A DNA stretch of 64,000 nt, from positions 124,001-188,000 of the forward strand of contig NW_019029010.1 in the NCBI RefSeq assembly GCF_002105155.1, read 5' to 3'. Both the position numbers and the translations under genes were made by a program. This DNA comes from Lobosporangium transversale. Taxonomy: Eukaryota. Shown here piece by piece: positions 36,278-50,184 of this stretch. The notes below the pieces were generated by a model, which was given only the letters and a program-made list of their open reading frames with translations, made no database searches and was not told where the DNA came from. Numbering within the stretch: position 1 is the first letter of the stretch; every line of letters starts with the position of its first letter.

Positions 36278-39200
36278 TTATTCTTCCAATTCTTGACTTT
36301 CTCTGCGTGGGCTGCATCGAATGACATGTGCAACTTTGCATGTCTCGCAAACACTGTACGTGAACTGATATCCACTAGTTGACTCATCTGTGCCTTCCAA
36401 GGATCCTTCTTGTACATCAACTACATCGCCACCACCAACTTTAGGCCCATCCTTATGAGCCGCTTTATGGCCATCATTACGACTACCATGACGACCATTA
36501 CTACGACTGCTACTGGCCGTCTTTTCTGGTGCCGCCTTTGCTGACGACGATGGTGGTGTTTGTTTCTTGAATGTTGAAGCGAACGACTTTATCTTGGATA
36601 ACATAGCGGTCGTCTTTGCGGCTCCCTGGATTGTCAACAGAGGCGCGGGTTCACCCACCGCTCCACGCTCAATTAACAGCCTCCTGTTAGCTTCACTTAA
36701 TCCGATCGCTCCTTGAATCGATGTTTGCTCTGCATTAAGGACAGTCTGGTGCGAAATCCATTTAAGACGGTAACGGCACTTCTTCGTCGGCTCAGTCTCA
36801 ATTAGCCACGTTTGAACAACTGAACTACGATTACCTGTCGTCAGGAACAAAGCCTTCCTTCCTCCTTCTTCTTCAAATGTGCTCCATGTAAGACTATATA
36901 CATCCCCATCGGCATGTGGAATCTTGGCAAGACAGTCTCCTGTCTCTGGATCCCACAAACGTACAGTGTCGTCCGCACTGCTGGTAGCAATGAAGTGACC
37001 ATCAGGCGAGTATGCAAGGTCAAGAACGGACTGTGTATGGCCCTTGGACGGATGCAGCAGTTTACCTGTTTCTACATCCATCAAATTTACTGATCCATCT
37101 GCACTTCCTGCGGCCACTTGTTTACCCGATGGTGAGAATTTCAAAGAGAATTGCTGTGCTTCAACTGGGATGGTATACTTAAGCTCTCCTGTCTCTGCCT
37201 TCACTATCTCCCAGTAGAATGTATTGTCTTTGAAGCTAATAGCAGCAATGTGTTGACCATCCGGCGAAAAGACCAGTTCATTGGCAAGTGATTCCATAGT
37301 GTGGAGGGCTGCTCTTGACTCAATATCCCAGAACGTGGCTTTGCCGTCAGAGCTACACGATGCAATCCGTTTTCCATCTGGAGAGAATACAATCCACTTG
37401 ATGGCCTTGCCTTCGCCTTGGCTTTCTAGCGAATACAATAATTTTCCATCCTCTGCATTCCACAGACATACATCCCCATTGAAATGACCAGTGGCGATCT
37501 GTTTCCCATCAGGCGAATATGCCGCGTATTGGAAGAGATCGTCAGTTGTTTCTTGCCGTTCCAATTTGTAAATATTTTCGCCAGTTTCAGTATTATAAAT
37601 ACGCAAGGTCTTGTACTGGTCATTCACAATGATTTGACTACCATCATCGGAATACTTGATATCGACCGTGCTGCATCCTTGGCTTCCCTGGCTTGCGAAT
37701 GTGTGGATAGGCTGTCCTTTTTGTGTATCCCAAAGACAAACAGTTCCATCTTCACTACCAGATGCAACTTGTCGTCCATCAGGAGAGGAAATCACTCGTC
37801 GGACCGGCTTGGTATGACCAATGGATGATCGGGTCGAATGCAATAGCTGTGTATCCCACAGACGCACGGTTTCATCCTGACTGAAAGATGCGACCTGATG
37901 GCCACTTGGCGAATATGCTACATGGTTGACTGGCCCAGTATGACCATGGAAGGTATTGATGCATTGACCTGATATGGTGGCCCATAGCTGCACTGTATTG
38001 TCATAACCACAAGTCGCAATCTGTTCGCTATTGGGCGAAAACGCGATGCCGCAGATCAGGTTAGAATGTCCCGTGATCGTTTGAAGGACTGTCCCTTTCT
38101 CTGAATCAAACAGAGACACTGCTTTAAGGGTGTATGCAGCAATGTACCGGCCATTGGGAGAGCAAATGATAGTTTCGGTTTCAGTATCAGGGAGACAAAT
38201 GGTGCTGTCAGCACCGGGAGTGTGAGCGATGTTTTCAGCGCAATTATTACGGTTCCAGGTCCATTTTTTTTCACCAGATTCAGCGTTATATACGATCAAA
38301 GTGCCTTCGCTTCGAAGGGTTACTATAACCTGCCCCTCAGCGGAAAATGCGACCTTCTTCATCTGATCGTCATGTCCTTGCAATGTCAACTTCAGCTCGT
38401 TAGATGTCAGATCCCACACACGCACTGTTGTATCTTTGCTGGCGGATGCAAGCAGATTTTCAACTGGAGAGAAAGCCAAGTCCAAAACTGCATCGGTGTG
38501 TTCTTCGAAAGTATGCAGGTGGCCACCTGTCTGTGCATCCCAAATGCGCACTGTATGATCCTCACTTGCAGACACGATGTACTTTTCATCTGGGGAGAAA
38601 GCAACACATGTAATTGCTCCTGTATGGCCTTGTAAAGTATACATAAGCTTTATGAGTCCCACCTCAGCTGTCTCAGTTGTCTCAGGCACCGCATACACGG
38701 GGATATCTTGGCTGCCATCCCAAAAGGCTATGCGTCGACCATCAGGTGAGTATGCAAACTTGGGATCATTATCTGCACGGGCCTCCAAGACGCCAAGTTT
38801 CTCCCATGTTTTTGTGAAGTAGACACTGACAGTCTTGTTTTTGTTTATAACAGCCAAAGTGTCCCCACTTGGTGAGTAGGCACCCCACTGAGCCCAAGCA
38901 CCTTCCTTCAGTAGCGGCCATTCACCAAATTGGACACCTGCCATCTTTGCGCCACTCAAATCAGCCTCTCGAAGCCAACAGCTACGCATATTGACCTTCC
39001 TCAGGTCGGCCCCTTCCAGTTTAGCTGACTCGAAAATACCAAAGCTTAGGTCTGCCGATGGGATTTGAATGCGGCTCAAGTCTTGTCCAATGAATGTTTC
39101 TCCCGCTCGCACCAAGACGGTCATGGCGTTAGCAGCTGCAACTCGCCATTTGATGTCTTCTTTTGAGAGGTTGATGTAGTTGCGAAGCTGTACCCTGAAC

Positions 39201-42200
39201 AGGGGTTCCAGCCGAGCTCTATCTTCCAAGAACTGTAGGATAGATGAGTCATCTACAAAGCTCCTCCAGACCAGAGGCGATTCCGGATTTGGGGCGATTG
39301 CTCTATTGATCTCTTCTTGCGTCTTGTTCCTTCTTCCCATGTCGAAACTGTACGCCGAGCCGACACTTCCCCTACGTGAGGGCGGTCCCACTGCCTGTCC
39401 GGTTTCGTCTATCGTGATGTCCTTAATATCTTGCGGCTCAAAGATCGAGCGAACTAGACTGTACTCCAGAATTGAGCGATGGATGAACCTGTGCATATTG
39501 CCAGTGCGAGTAAGTGGAGAAGCCTCACGGAGTAGGTGTTTGCCGTTGTCTCGACTGAAGAAAGCGTCTTTCCATGAATCTTTATGCCGGAAAATAGAGT
39601 ATTCCACAACAGGAGCGCCTCCTTGTTCCTTGTAGATAGCAGTTGCCAGTTCGGTTAGGTATCGAATACCATTCTGTGCAAACCCTTCCTCAGACAAAAT
39701 CTCAAAGATTCTCTTATCATCTTCACTTATGCTTTCTTCTAATCGCTTCTTGCCTCGCTCCAGCCATAGCTCTATGAATTGGTCGTACAGCGACACACGC
39801 CTGATGACTGTGTTTTCTAGGTTTTGGTCTGGCTCCATAATGCGTGGAAGCACGTCCAGAGACAGCGAGAGCAGGAATGGGTTCTTCACAAGCTCGGCAA
39901 GGCCAGGAACATGCCCAAGTGCTTTTTTATATTGATGCGAGTTCCATTGTGCATCCTTATTCCGCACATATTGCGCAATATACTCATTGATCTGGGCTTC
40001 GGAGAATGGAAGAATAACTGCTTCCTGATACTTGGACTTTTCTGTTTGCTTATTGCGTTCCATAGGTTGGAAACGATCCCGATAGTCTGAACCAAGGTAT
40101 TCAGTACGGCAAGTGATAAACATCTGTACCTGCCATTCCCCAGGCTTATTGAAGTGGTTAGATACATACAGGTTACTTGTCTGTTTACTTTCGTCGTATC
40201 CATCGCAGATGAGAATGAATTGGCGGCTCCTCTTGAGTTCTTTGATCTGTGGCTCATCGAAATCAGTCTTTCGTAGATGTTTCGCAACCAAATCCTTTTC
40301 AGGGCTTTCAATATTTGGTAAGTTGATATAGAGAGGGATTCTTCCTTTCTCTTTCTCATAATTGTCCCATAAATAGTTTTCGAGTGTGTGATTGAAGGTC
40401 GATTTGCCAGCACCTGAATCACCTAGGACTAGGAACACCTTTCGATCACTCTTCAGGAATTCCAATGCCTCATCAAACAATCTAAATTGATCTGTGTCTC
40501 GTGCTTGTGGCTCCTTGGCTTGAAGTGGAATATAAAATTCCTTGGCGTCTCGACTCTTTAGTTGATGTCGCTTAAGTTGACGCAGGTCCTTTTCGACATC
40601 AGGCTTCTTCTGGACACGATCGAGCAAAGTGTGAGTAGTAGCAGGCTCGGCTAAAGTGATAATGATGGGGTACTTGCATGGTTCTTGGTCTAAGCTGGCT
40701 AAGGTATTTTTGTACAGCTGTTTTTTGTCTTCGTTTCCATCATCGCGGAGTTCATGAAGTATGTACCTAGCATCTAAATTGTATCAAATACAACCGAAGG
40801 GCATGCTCAGAATTGGCAAATAGAGAGAATAAAGTAGATGTGAATAACCTACAAAACCTACAAAACAAAACTTACTTGGCATATTAGTTCCTTGTTCCTT
40901 CGAGCCCGATAGAGTATGAAGAATAGTAAGGATCCATTGTTTAATAGAAGGGTCTGCACCCCAGTCCTTGTCGTTCTTGTAAATCTCACCAAGGAATTTA
41001 AGCGCATCCAGACATGTACTGGGACCCCAGTCTTTATTGACCGCAATCCGACCCAATCGCTGACATATTCCCCACTGGAAAGCGGTTACTCGTCTGCATA
41101 CTACTCCACACACAAGGGCCTTAAACTTGCTGAACTCGCCTGTCTGGAGTAGAGCATCCGCCATGCGCAGTGCTGGATACCATGCAGTCTTACGAGTAAA
41201 GCTCAGACCCTCACTTAGGGATTCCTTGAATGTTGCTCCACTGTCTAGTAGCGACGTCACTCCTTTGTACATATTTACGCCCGCATCTGCTATAGCTTTC
41301 AACGGAAGCTCTTTCTGAACGTTATCCAGCTCCTCTATGATTGCATTGACATTAAGTCCCTTGACAGCAGCCACAACGCCAAACACACCACGCAGGACTG
41401 CTGATGTACGTCGGAGAAGTGCTTGCATGGTTGTTTCATCGTCAGGGATATATAGTAAGGCCTGGGCAGCATAAGCTCCATAATACACTAGATGAGGATC
41501 CGAACTTCCCTCCAATTCCTTTAGGAAGTTCATTAGTGGCTCATGAAGTTCTACACGCCTCAATCCTGCGATTTGATTGTTGACCATGGCATCGAGAACA
41601 CATGCAATTACCGCAGCCAAACGATAAAGATGATCGCCCGATTGTACGTGAGTATTTTGAATGCGATCGCTGAGGAGATTTAAAATCACAACGAAGTCAT
41701 CCGAATCAATGTATTCAGGAGAACCGTGCTGCATCACCTCGGCCAGACCTTGGAGTAGATGTGTTTCGAGCAAGATGTTTTCATTGATACCATTGGCAAG
41801 GAACATAAGAATCGTTCTAAGCAGGTCTTTCTCAAGGACTGGCGCCAGGCAGACAATCTCGCTAACAGCAGCTTCGGACTTTACAGCACGATCTTTAAAC
41901 GCGCCAATCACACCCTCCGCTAGCTTCTTTAACCGCTCTAGTTCGTCAGCATCCTTTGCTACCTCACTACACCACTTTCGTACTTCGTCTGAAGGGACAT
42001 CAATCTTCATAGGAGCGGTCGGTAGCAGACTGAGACAGAACCTAAGTTGGCGAATATCGGTGAGTCGCGCATCAGGCTCTGGCAGCTGGTATTGTTTGAT
42101 GGGTTGGATTATATCAGTTTTAAAGATTTCATCCGAGATAGTTGCGACATCGGTAGAGGAGTACTTGAGCTCTTTGAAATTAGGATTGATAGCACCGGGA

Positions 42201-42607
42201 CTCATGGATGTGTTATTGATGAGTGCTTTGGTGTCAATACTGTTGTTGCCTGCTGGGGGCAGTGGTGGGACATTTTGTAGCTGGCTATGGTTCCACTTCT
42301 GAGCCTGCCTAGCGCTGTTCTGACTCTCTTCTGGACGTTTCAACCTTTCAAACTGCTGCGAAAGTTGGAACCAAGCGGACGCGACGTTCATACGCAGGAT
42401 CTTATCATCTGTAGCTGTGGCCTCGAGAAGATTTTTGCGTTCATAGCCACGGATACGGGATAGGGCGATGTTGGCATCGATGCATTGCTCCAACGCCACC
42501 GCTTCATTCGTGGTCTTTTGAGCAATTTCCAAGTAGGCGATAGCGATTTGAAATGCCACTCGTGGAGTTAAAGACCCACGGGTGACTAAGGCTTCTAACC
42601 GACCCAT
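36278..42607 (-). CDS. NLR-like STAND protein 2, paralogue of 13912-20240; exons 42607-40876 and 40773-36278; 2075 aa
   Basis: GDSGAGKST, FILICDGYDE, pentapeptide repeats, WD40 repeats; 102-nt intron 40875-40774 at an equivalent position. Confidence 0.93.
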
Positions 42608-42931
42608 TTCAAGTTATTTATCCTTTAATACTAGAGGATTAACGTCCTTTTTATTTTATTGATGTTGCAAATATGAAGGAAGAAAGAGAAAGACAATATT
42701 AGTATTGAAACAGTACAATAACTGCAGACAGCTTATGAGAAGAGACAACTTACAGTAGACAATCAGGAATATACAAAAGAATGAATGAAGTTCAATCAAA
42801 AGAAAGATAGAGACGGATGGACACAATAAGAGAGGAGGAGATGAGCTGTGTGTGCAAAAGAGAGAGAGAGAAAAGAGAAAAAGAAAAAAAAGATAGAAGT
42901 GGCGATGTCGAGGGCTGTCTGTTCCTCGGGG

Positions 42932-42963
<32 letters not shown>

Positions 42964-43133
42964 TTTTGCACCAGGCACTGACCCATTTTTTTTCTTCGCC
43001 TCCCTTGTAACTCGGGGTTTCTTTTGTGACCATTGGACAAAAGAAAAAAAATACTTCGCCAAAGGTTTGGTTTCTCTGGATGGCGAAGTAGAGTGCTGTG
43101 TTTATTTGTTGAAATGTATAATGTATTAGGAGC

Positions 43134-43166
<33 letters not shown>

Positions 43167-46100
43167 AATGCTAAATAACATCTCACTACCAATGAGAATG
43201 GCTCTATGGCATGCCAAAAAGTTGGCATCTGAACAGCATTGAATAATCAATCAATATTTCTGAATTTCATTTCTCATCTGTCTTCATCTTTCTCATCTGT
43301 CCAGAGAAACCTCAAACAAAAAAAAAAAAAAAAAAAAGGAAATGCGTAAAAAAAAAACTTTCACGTCGATCGGACGATTGGACAGTTGGACCAGTGAAAA
43401 GACTGATTTTTGTGGCCTTTTGAGTAACCAATTGATATTCTAGATCCTCCATATCCAGAAGTAGATGAGCAGATTACTCCCGCTCTCCCGCTCCTCGTTT
43501 AGTGTCAAGTAAGCACTGACTGCTCTCTGTGGATAACCTACATGTAATCCTATTCCCATTAAGGTAGACAATAAGCTGAGTGCAGCAGATGTAACTCACC
43601 TTTGGCTCCGACAGCCATAAACGAGCCGAGAGGTAGAAGGTGTCGTGGAGGTAATAACCACCAACGCTTCAGATATCAGCAATGACGATGCCATGTTCAT
43701 TATTGATGATGCTGACTTGGGAAAGGAAAAGCAATACGAACTCGAAGAAATTCTTCAGAGAAGCATTAGTAATACCGTGCCAGAATCTCTGTTCTTTGAC
43801 TCACTTATCTTGACACACCTCAGGTCGTCAATATTCTAGAAGACAAAGTTTCTCCCTACGACAAGAAAGACTGGATACTGACTCTTATTAAAACCATGTA
43901 TTTCGATCAATGGAGCAAACAGCACCAAAGAATATTCAACGTTGATCTCATTCCCAATGCGAGTAATGTGCTTACACGGATACTGTACGATCAAGCCAGA
44001 AAGGGCAAAGCAAATCTAAGAAGTCATATGATTCCGCTACAAGCGCCAAATATACGAGAGAAAGGATTGTATATATATTCTGGTAAGGTAAAAAAAAAGA
44101 AAGGAGCAGCATTCTTCGCCAGCAGCACATCAATGTTGTCCGAACGTATTTTACTGTACCCGACATGTGTCACAAGCGTGGGAGCGGGATTTTGCCGTGC
44201 TCAAAGAAAAAAGGAAACAGAAGATAATTTAATCGGCAGATTGAGTTGCAAAGCACTTGAACAAGTATTACTTTGGTTCTGTTGCAGACAGGTTTCGGTA
44301 GAAATAGTCAAAGTAGATCCTATCCCTGATTCAGCGTCAGCATCTACGTCGAGTCGTGGCATAGTACGCTCAAAAGCATTTCCTTAAGGGCTAACAACAA
44401 CGACGTCTTAACACCAGTCATCCATATCCTTACTCGTAAGGTGTCCCCACATTACTAGCAGATGTATACCAGGCTCATCGTCCGAGAATCTTTAGGCTCT
44501 CCAATATGATTCCAACATTTCCATGTACTGTAGATACAGCGTCATTAGTCGATTAGTCCTTAATTCTTTCTGTATTGTATCTTTAATTGAGATGTTGCTG
44601 CCGAAGAAACATCGAACTCTGAGCTATGCAACTCATGCTTCCTAATGTGACATTGCATATCCATCTTACTGCCGCAGGTAGCATCCCCAGGTTCAAGTTA
44701 ATATTCAAGCCGCATCAGCTTCCATTGCCGAGCCGCTGCTTATGTAAGCTCTCTATTAATATTATTTCTGGTTTGTACGTCTAGAAAAAACGGTCAATAT
44801 TGAGATATGCAAATTTGGAAACGGATTATTCGCAAACGTCCTTAATTGAGACTTGTTTCCTGAAAGTGCATTGATGACGTATTCTCAGAATGAAACCACC
44901 TTCCTCTTGCCCACTTTCTGTTAAACCTGTCTATACATATCTGATAGCAGGTTTTCGTGATAACATTTCTATCCCGTTTAGAATTAAAAAACCTCCTAGG
45001 AGGCCATGAATGAAGCAGAGCTGGTTTCGTTCTGGAATGATGTCAAGGGCCTTTGCGACCATGAGTGTCGTTGCCCATATACCCATTGTTTTCGGGTATC
45101 GACCGCGTGACGATCAAAATACGCCTCGCATCTTTGGTATTTAATTGGCCTTGTTGACACTGATCCCAGGAAACTGGCACAGTTGCTGCAGAGGCAACGT
45201 GCATTAGTGGGATATTCATGATGGTCAACAGCTTTAAAAACCCTGGCACTGTTGCTTTTAGAGAGCATGCAATCAATCGATTAAAAAAAAATGTTTCAAA
45301 TGACAACCATCTTTAGATCAGTATGGAGATTCGTCCAATGACCCTAGTTAAGAAGAAGTCAGGAAAGAGGTAGAAGATAAAAAGAGATAGGCACTTGGTG
45401 CTTTGTTTGTCTATGAGCTGGGTACAAGAGATGGGGAAAGGAGAAGTAAAAGTTGGAAGATATACAGAGGAGTAGAGGCAAGTGAAACATTTTATTACGA
45501 TCGGGTAACGGAGATACATGACCATTGACTGGAGATATAAATAAAAATACGCGTTACATGGAAAGTTATAATTCTTGTTTTCATGGCGCTTATAATTTGG
45601 CCCGCACAAATCCCATGTAAAAAGAAGTTAAGTATTTAATTGTCGTCTTTGCAAAGAGGACAATTTTCAATTTACATGAGAATTGTACAGTCTAAAATTT
45701 GGTATCACCTCCTTCTTGAAGAAAGACTCAGGTTGAATGCAGTACCTAACCCTTGTATCAGCACTAGTATACTCTATTTGCCCTGAAATACTAAAATCTG
45801 CACACCCATGTTTTAGTCAAAGCGCATGTATAATATACAGTAGTAAAGGTAAATTGTAGAAATGATAAAATATAAAAATACTGGTATCCGCAATTAAGCA
45901 GGCGCGAGCTATATTGCCCTCGAACTATTTACTCATGCTAGTAAAGAAAACCGTCTTCTTTATACTCCTCACCTATTCTCTCTCGTCACTCCTAACAAGA
46001 GATGGGACCTTTCGCAGGGACTGTATTGCAGGCTGTACATAACATGCCTTGTTTTTACTTTTTTTTTCTTTTTTCATTAAGAATAAAAATAAGTCATTCC

Positions 46101-46378
46101 TTGGCTGGCTTACATGCTTCTTATTAGTTGGACATACAAACGTTTAACTCACTGATGACTTGGAGCAATGATTCTGCCGACGACTAAATTAAACAGGGTA
46201 GCATCAAGCCCGCATACCATATAGCATAATGCGAATCAATGGTAGCTGGTTTTGCAACTTCTCTATATGGGCGTAGACCTTTCATAAAGTTAATCTTAAG
46301 AAAAGTATTAAGTCGTACACAAACACTAGTGTAGAAAAGCACACAAGCGTATGGAGAAGGAACACATGCCCACATTCG

Positions 46379-46415
<37 letters not shown>

Positions 46416-46606
46416 TATTCAATTATATAATAACAAGATCAAAATAGAAGGCTCTCTCTCTCTTCTCTAAAATTGCGAGTTGGCCCACTTTTCCCATTCA
46501 GGGTTTTGTCCGAGGCCTAATAGAAAGAACTTGGCTTCTACAGCTGGAATTCAAATGGATCATTTTATCTTGAGAGCAGCAAGAGTTTATTTATTATTAC
46601 AGGTTC

Positions 46607-46641
<35 letters not shown>

Positions 46642-46657
46642 AACCCATCAGTAGGTT

Positions 46658-46978
46658 CTATTGTCTGATGTAGGTCGTTGTAGCAGTACCATAGTCATAG
46701 CACCCCAAAAGCTGCTTGCCATACACTGCTTTGAACAGTTGTGCCTCTTGTGACGTTGTCTTTTGGCGGTGAATAGGGGTGTCAGTCGGGTAGTCAAAGG
46801 CAACATCAAGTCCAAATGATGAGGCATTCTCTGAAGTAAAGTTGGCACAGTCTGGAAAGTCAAATACGCAAATATCGTTGACAGTGGGCTGGTACAGCTG
46901 GATGTGAAGCGTGCAAATGGCTTGGATGGCACCGACACCGAGGGCGGAGATCAACAAGAGGGTCTTGATGGCTGACAT
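46658..46978 (-). CDS. Small secreted protein (106 aa, 4 Cys), function unknown
   Basis: Signal-peptide-like N-terminus MSAIKTLLLISALGVGAIQA; TATAAAAA about 135 nt upstream on the minus strand. Confidence 0.7.
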   Translation of the reverse strand: MSAIKTLLLISALGVGAIQAICTLHIQLYQPTVNDICVFDFPDCANFTSENASSFGLDVAFDYPTDTPIHRQKTTSQEAQLFKAVYGKQLLGCYDYGTATTTYIRQ

Positions 46979-47905
46979 GACTGTGTGAGTGTGTATTGAG
47001 TCTTGGGTGTTGGGTGTATGTGTATGTGTATGTGTGTGGAGGACTGGCTAGCTTGCTTGACTTGTAGGAATGGCTGTTGTGATTTGGACAAGAACTAGTT
47101 GTATGGGACCTTTTTATAGAAAAGTTTGCAGAGGTGGGGTGGGATGTTCTGTTTGCAGGCGCAGTGTCTAATTGCAGGCGCAAGAAATCATAAATCAGGG
47201 CTCTTGGCGGGACCTCGTTTTTTTTAACCTTTTTTGCTCTGTGTCTACTTTCAAACGTTCTTTTTAGGCCCTTATGCTTTATTTTGTCATGAGCATATTA
47301 GCATGTTCATAAATGGATCCCAATTGTCTGTCAACTGTGCCTCCAGATTGTAACGCCCTGGAGACCTTTGGAGTTTAAAGGGGAAACCTTTTGGAGTTTA
47401 AAGGGAGCCCATTTGTCTTGTGAAAAAAAATGTTCTCATTTCTCCCATCGCTGGTTGAAATAGTATGTAGCCATTGTTCCTATTGGCAGAAAACAAGGTT
47501 TGACAAAGTGACAAAGTCGAAACCATTTTAAAGAATGAGCCAAATTATAAATGTCTATATGAGGACCCAATCGGACCACATTTGTGCGCAAGCTTTTTCC
47601 GACTTGAGCGTTGGATGCATGCAATTAAGAAACTTTGATTATATATATATATTCGTACATGTAAATACACTTCTGTGAAAAGCAATGTGAATGGGCTCCT
47701 CTGTTCTGGAAACAGGTTTCTGTTTCATTTAAGGACATTTAGAACACTCAAATATATATGTATACATATAAAAGCAGGCGCTCTTCGCCCCTATAACAAC
47801 CTTGCTTTTCATCCTCTCTCTTTCTCATCCTCGCTAAGACTCTCACAAACACTCATACAGCTACACGTTCTTCAGAAAAGCAATACAAGAATACAAGAAT
47901 ACAAG

Positions 47906-48364
47906 ATGCATTCAAAGTCCTATATCACACTTTTAGCCTTGGTCCTGGTCCTGCTCGTTGGCTCTTCCATGGTCCATGCTGCCTCTAACATGTGCCAAGG
48001 GTGCGTGGATGATATGGCACACGCAGTTCCAGGCTGTAATGGGATCGATACCTCGAAGCAAGCATCCTTCAATGAACTTTCCAATAAAGAGCAGCAGTGC
48101 TTTTGCAACCTTGGCAAGGATGTCTCCTTCCTCGCGAAATGTGATGCTCTGTGTCCACCCGGCAATATTGAGGCCGTCCAGACAAGTCTTCAAGCGGCAT
48201 ATTCGGTCTACTGCAACAACACCAAGTTTGAAAATGGTGGGACAAGCGCAGAGGGAAGCTCTAATGGCTCTGGCCTCTCAGCCTTGTCTTCACCATCATC
48301 GGCTTCCGTCATGTATGCGATCACCGCAGTTGTGCTCGCTGCTGTTGCATTAGTGCCTGTTTAG
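47906..48364 (+). CDS. Cys-rich, probably GPI-anchored surface protein (152 aa)
   Basis: ATG 47906 signal peptide, 8-Cys domain, Ser/Gly linker, hydrophobic C-terminal tail. Confidence 0.78.
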   Translation: MHSKSYITLLALVLVLLVGSSMVHAASNMCQGCVDDMAHAVPGCNGIDTSKQASFNELSNKEQQCFCNLGKDVSFLAKCDALCPPGNIEAVQTSLQAAYSVYCNNTKFENGGTSAEGSSNGSGLSALSSPSSASVMYAITAVVLAAVALVPV

Positions 48365-49399
48365 ACAAAGAACAGAGAGAGTCTTTATACACAATAAACA
48401 CATACACACATACATGTATTAGGCGTCAAAGAGTAAAAGGATGTCTCATATAAAGAATGACCTACCCAAGAAATCATGCATGGATATTCAGCAAATAAAC
48501 AAGAATGCAAGAATAGCAAAATGGTGTCTGTTGGACAATGTAAACACTTTAAGGTTTGGTGGTAAATGAGGTGCAAACATTTTGATGATGACTGACATGA
48601 GGATTGGAGCTGTGTGTCACCAAGGAGTACCCACCATCCCGCCTAGTGCAGGTTGCTGGTTCACACAGCAAGATAGTGCTTACTTTGAGTATTGCTCCAT
48701 GGGTGCTCCTCATTTATACTTGTGCAGGAGACAATAGAAGTGCTTCCATGGTGAAGAGTCCAAGGAAGTGCTTCTCAATATATATATATATATATATTGA
48801 AGCCTCTCTTCCAAAGCCAGTTGTTCATAACATAACAATAGGCACCAGAACCCCTCATTTTCGGGGCAGTACATTAATAAGTTCACCCTCCTATCATCTA
48901 AGCAATGCCGCCTCTACTAAATTTTCAATTTTCGGAGACTGCATTTTAAAGCTTTTTTTTTTTTTTTTTTTTTGTGTGAATACTTTTTATTAAGAGATTG
49001 CTTGCTATCTAGCTATCTAGCTTACCTGGTTATTATCCTAAGCTACAAGAAGCCAGACTCTTAGCCACCTTGGAAAGCGCTTTTCTTTGTCACCATCGAA
49101 AAGACTCTCCAAGATGTTGTCCGGAGCACACCACGTGGAGGTGGTCTGGCATATCGTGCTCCGTTGGTCAGGCCCCATGGCCTTGCAAACGCCCGCACAC
49201 ACACACATTTATTAACCCATTCCCATCCCCATCCCCATTCCCTTTCCCATTCTGGACCGAAGGGCTCCGCCATCGCAAGGCTCGTTAAAGAACCAGCTCA
49301 GGCTCATGCCCGTTCGGACCTACCTTAGATATGCATTGGTTATTGCACCTTGGATGTGCATTGTTGCTATGTTAAAGAGTGCTTTGTGTTGTGTTAGTA

Positions 49400-49402
<3 letters not shown>

Positions 49403-49431
<29 letters not shown>

Positions 49432-49848
49432 GGCTTTCTTATGTTTTTAATTGGTTTTTTTTTTTCTTTTTTTCTTTTTTCTTTTTTCTTTTTTCTTCTT
49501 TCTGATATGAGATCTTTTTTTTTACTTTTCTTTTTTGGGGCTTTTATTGAGTCTTTTTTTTTGGTTTTTTTTTTCTTTGGTTAATTTTTTTTTAATTGTG
49601 TTTTTTCTTTGGGTTATTTTTTTTTTTCTTTGGTTTTTTTGGTTTATTTTTTTGGTTTTTTTCTTTGGTTTTTTTCTTTGGTTTTTTTCTTTGGTTTTTT
49701 TCTTTGGTTTTTTTCTTTCTTTTTCTTTTCTTTGGATTTTTTTTTTTTTTTTTTTTGGTTTCTTTTTTTCTTTGGATTTTTTTCTTTTTTTTTTTTTTGA
49801 TTTAGTTTTTTTTTTTTTTTCTTTTTTTTTTTTTTTTCTTTTTTTTTT
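49403..49848. repeat. T-rich low-complexity tract with ~13-bp TTGGTTTTTTTCT units
   Basis: Visible directly; generates spurious Phe-rich and Lys-rich ORFs. Confidence 0.85.
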
Positions 49849-50102
49849 GAGGCATTTGTTTCCGGAGGCGTTTGTTTTTTGCCTGGATGGACTGTTCGGC
49901 CTCTCTTTGGTTTCACCCTTCGCCTAGTGGCGTCGAGCTTCGGTACCAGTGCCTTCCAGACCACGCTGTGGGAAGTGGTCTGGTTGCTATGATTTAGGAT
50001 TATTCGTGAAGCCTTGACCATCATCCCAAGATGGGGTGGGCTGGCTATACGGCCGTGGAGAAGGTCTGTTCGTTTGACTGCGGCAGACTGGCCTTTGTAC
50101 GA

Positions 50103-50184
50103 GGCCGTTTAGAGCGTGGCTGTTTAGAGCGTGGCCATCTGGAGCGTGGCCGTCTGGAGCGTGGCCATCTGGAGCGTGGCCAGT
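50103..50184. repeat. 15-bp tandem repeat, ~5.5 copies (consensus TGGAGCGTGGCCATC)
   Basis: Visible directly. Confidence 0.85.

Noticed and set aside
43440..44400. Coding-like fragments upstream of NLR2
   Set aside because: Short broken ORFs with no family I can recognise; possibly an old pseudogene, but unsupported
49306..49927. Phe-rich plus-strand ORFs as membrane proteins
   Set aside because: They are translations of a T-rich low-complexity tract
50103..50184. CRISPR-like array
   Set aside because: Contiguous tandem repeat with no spacers, in a eukaryotic context
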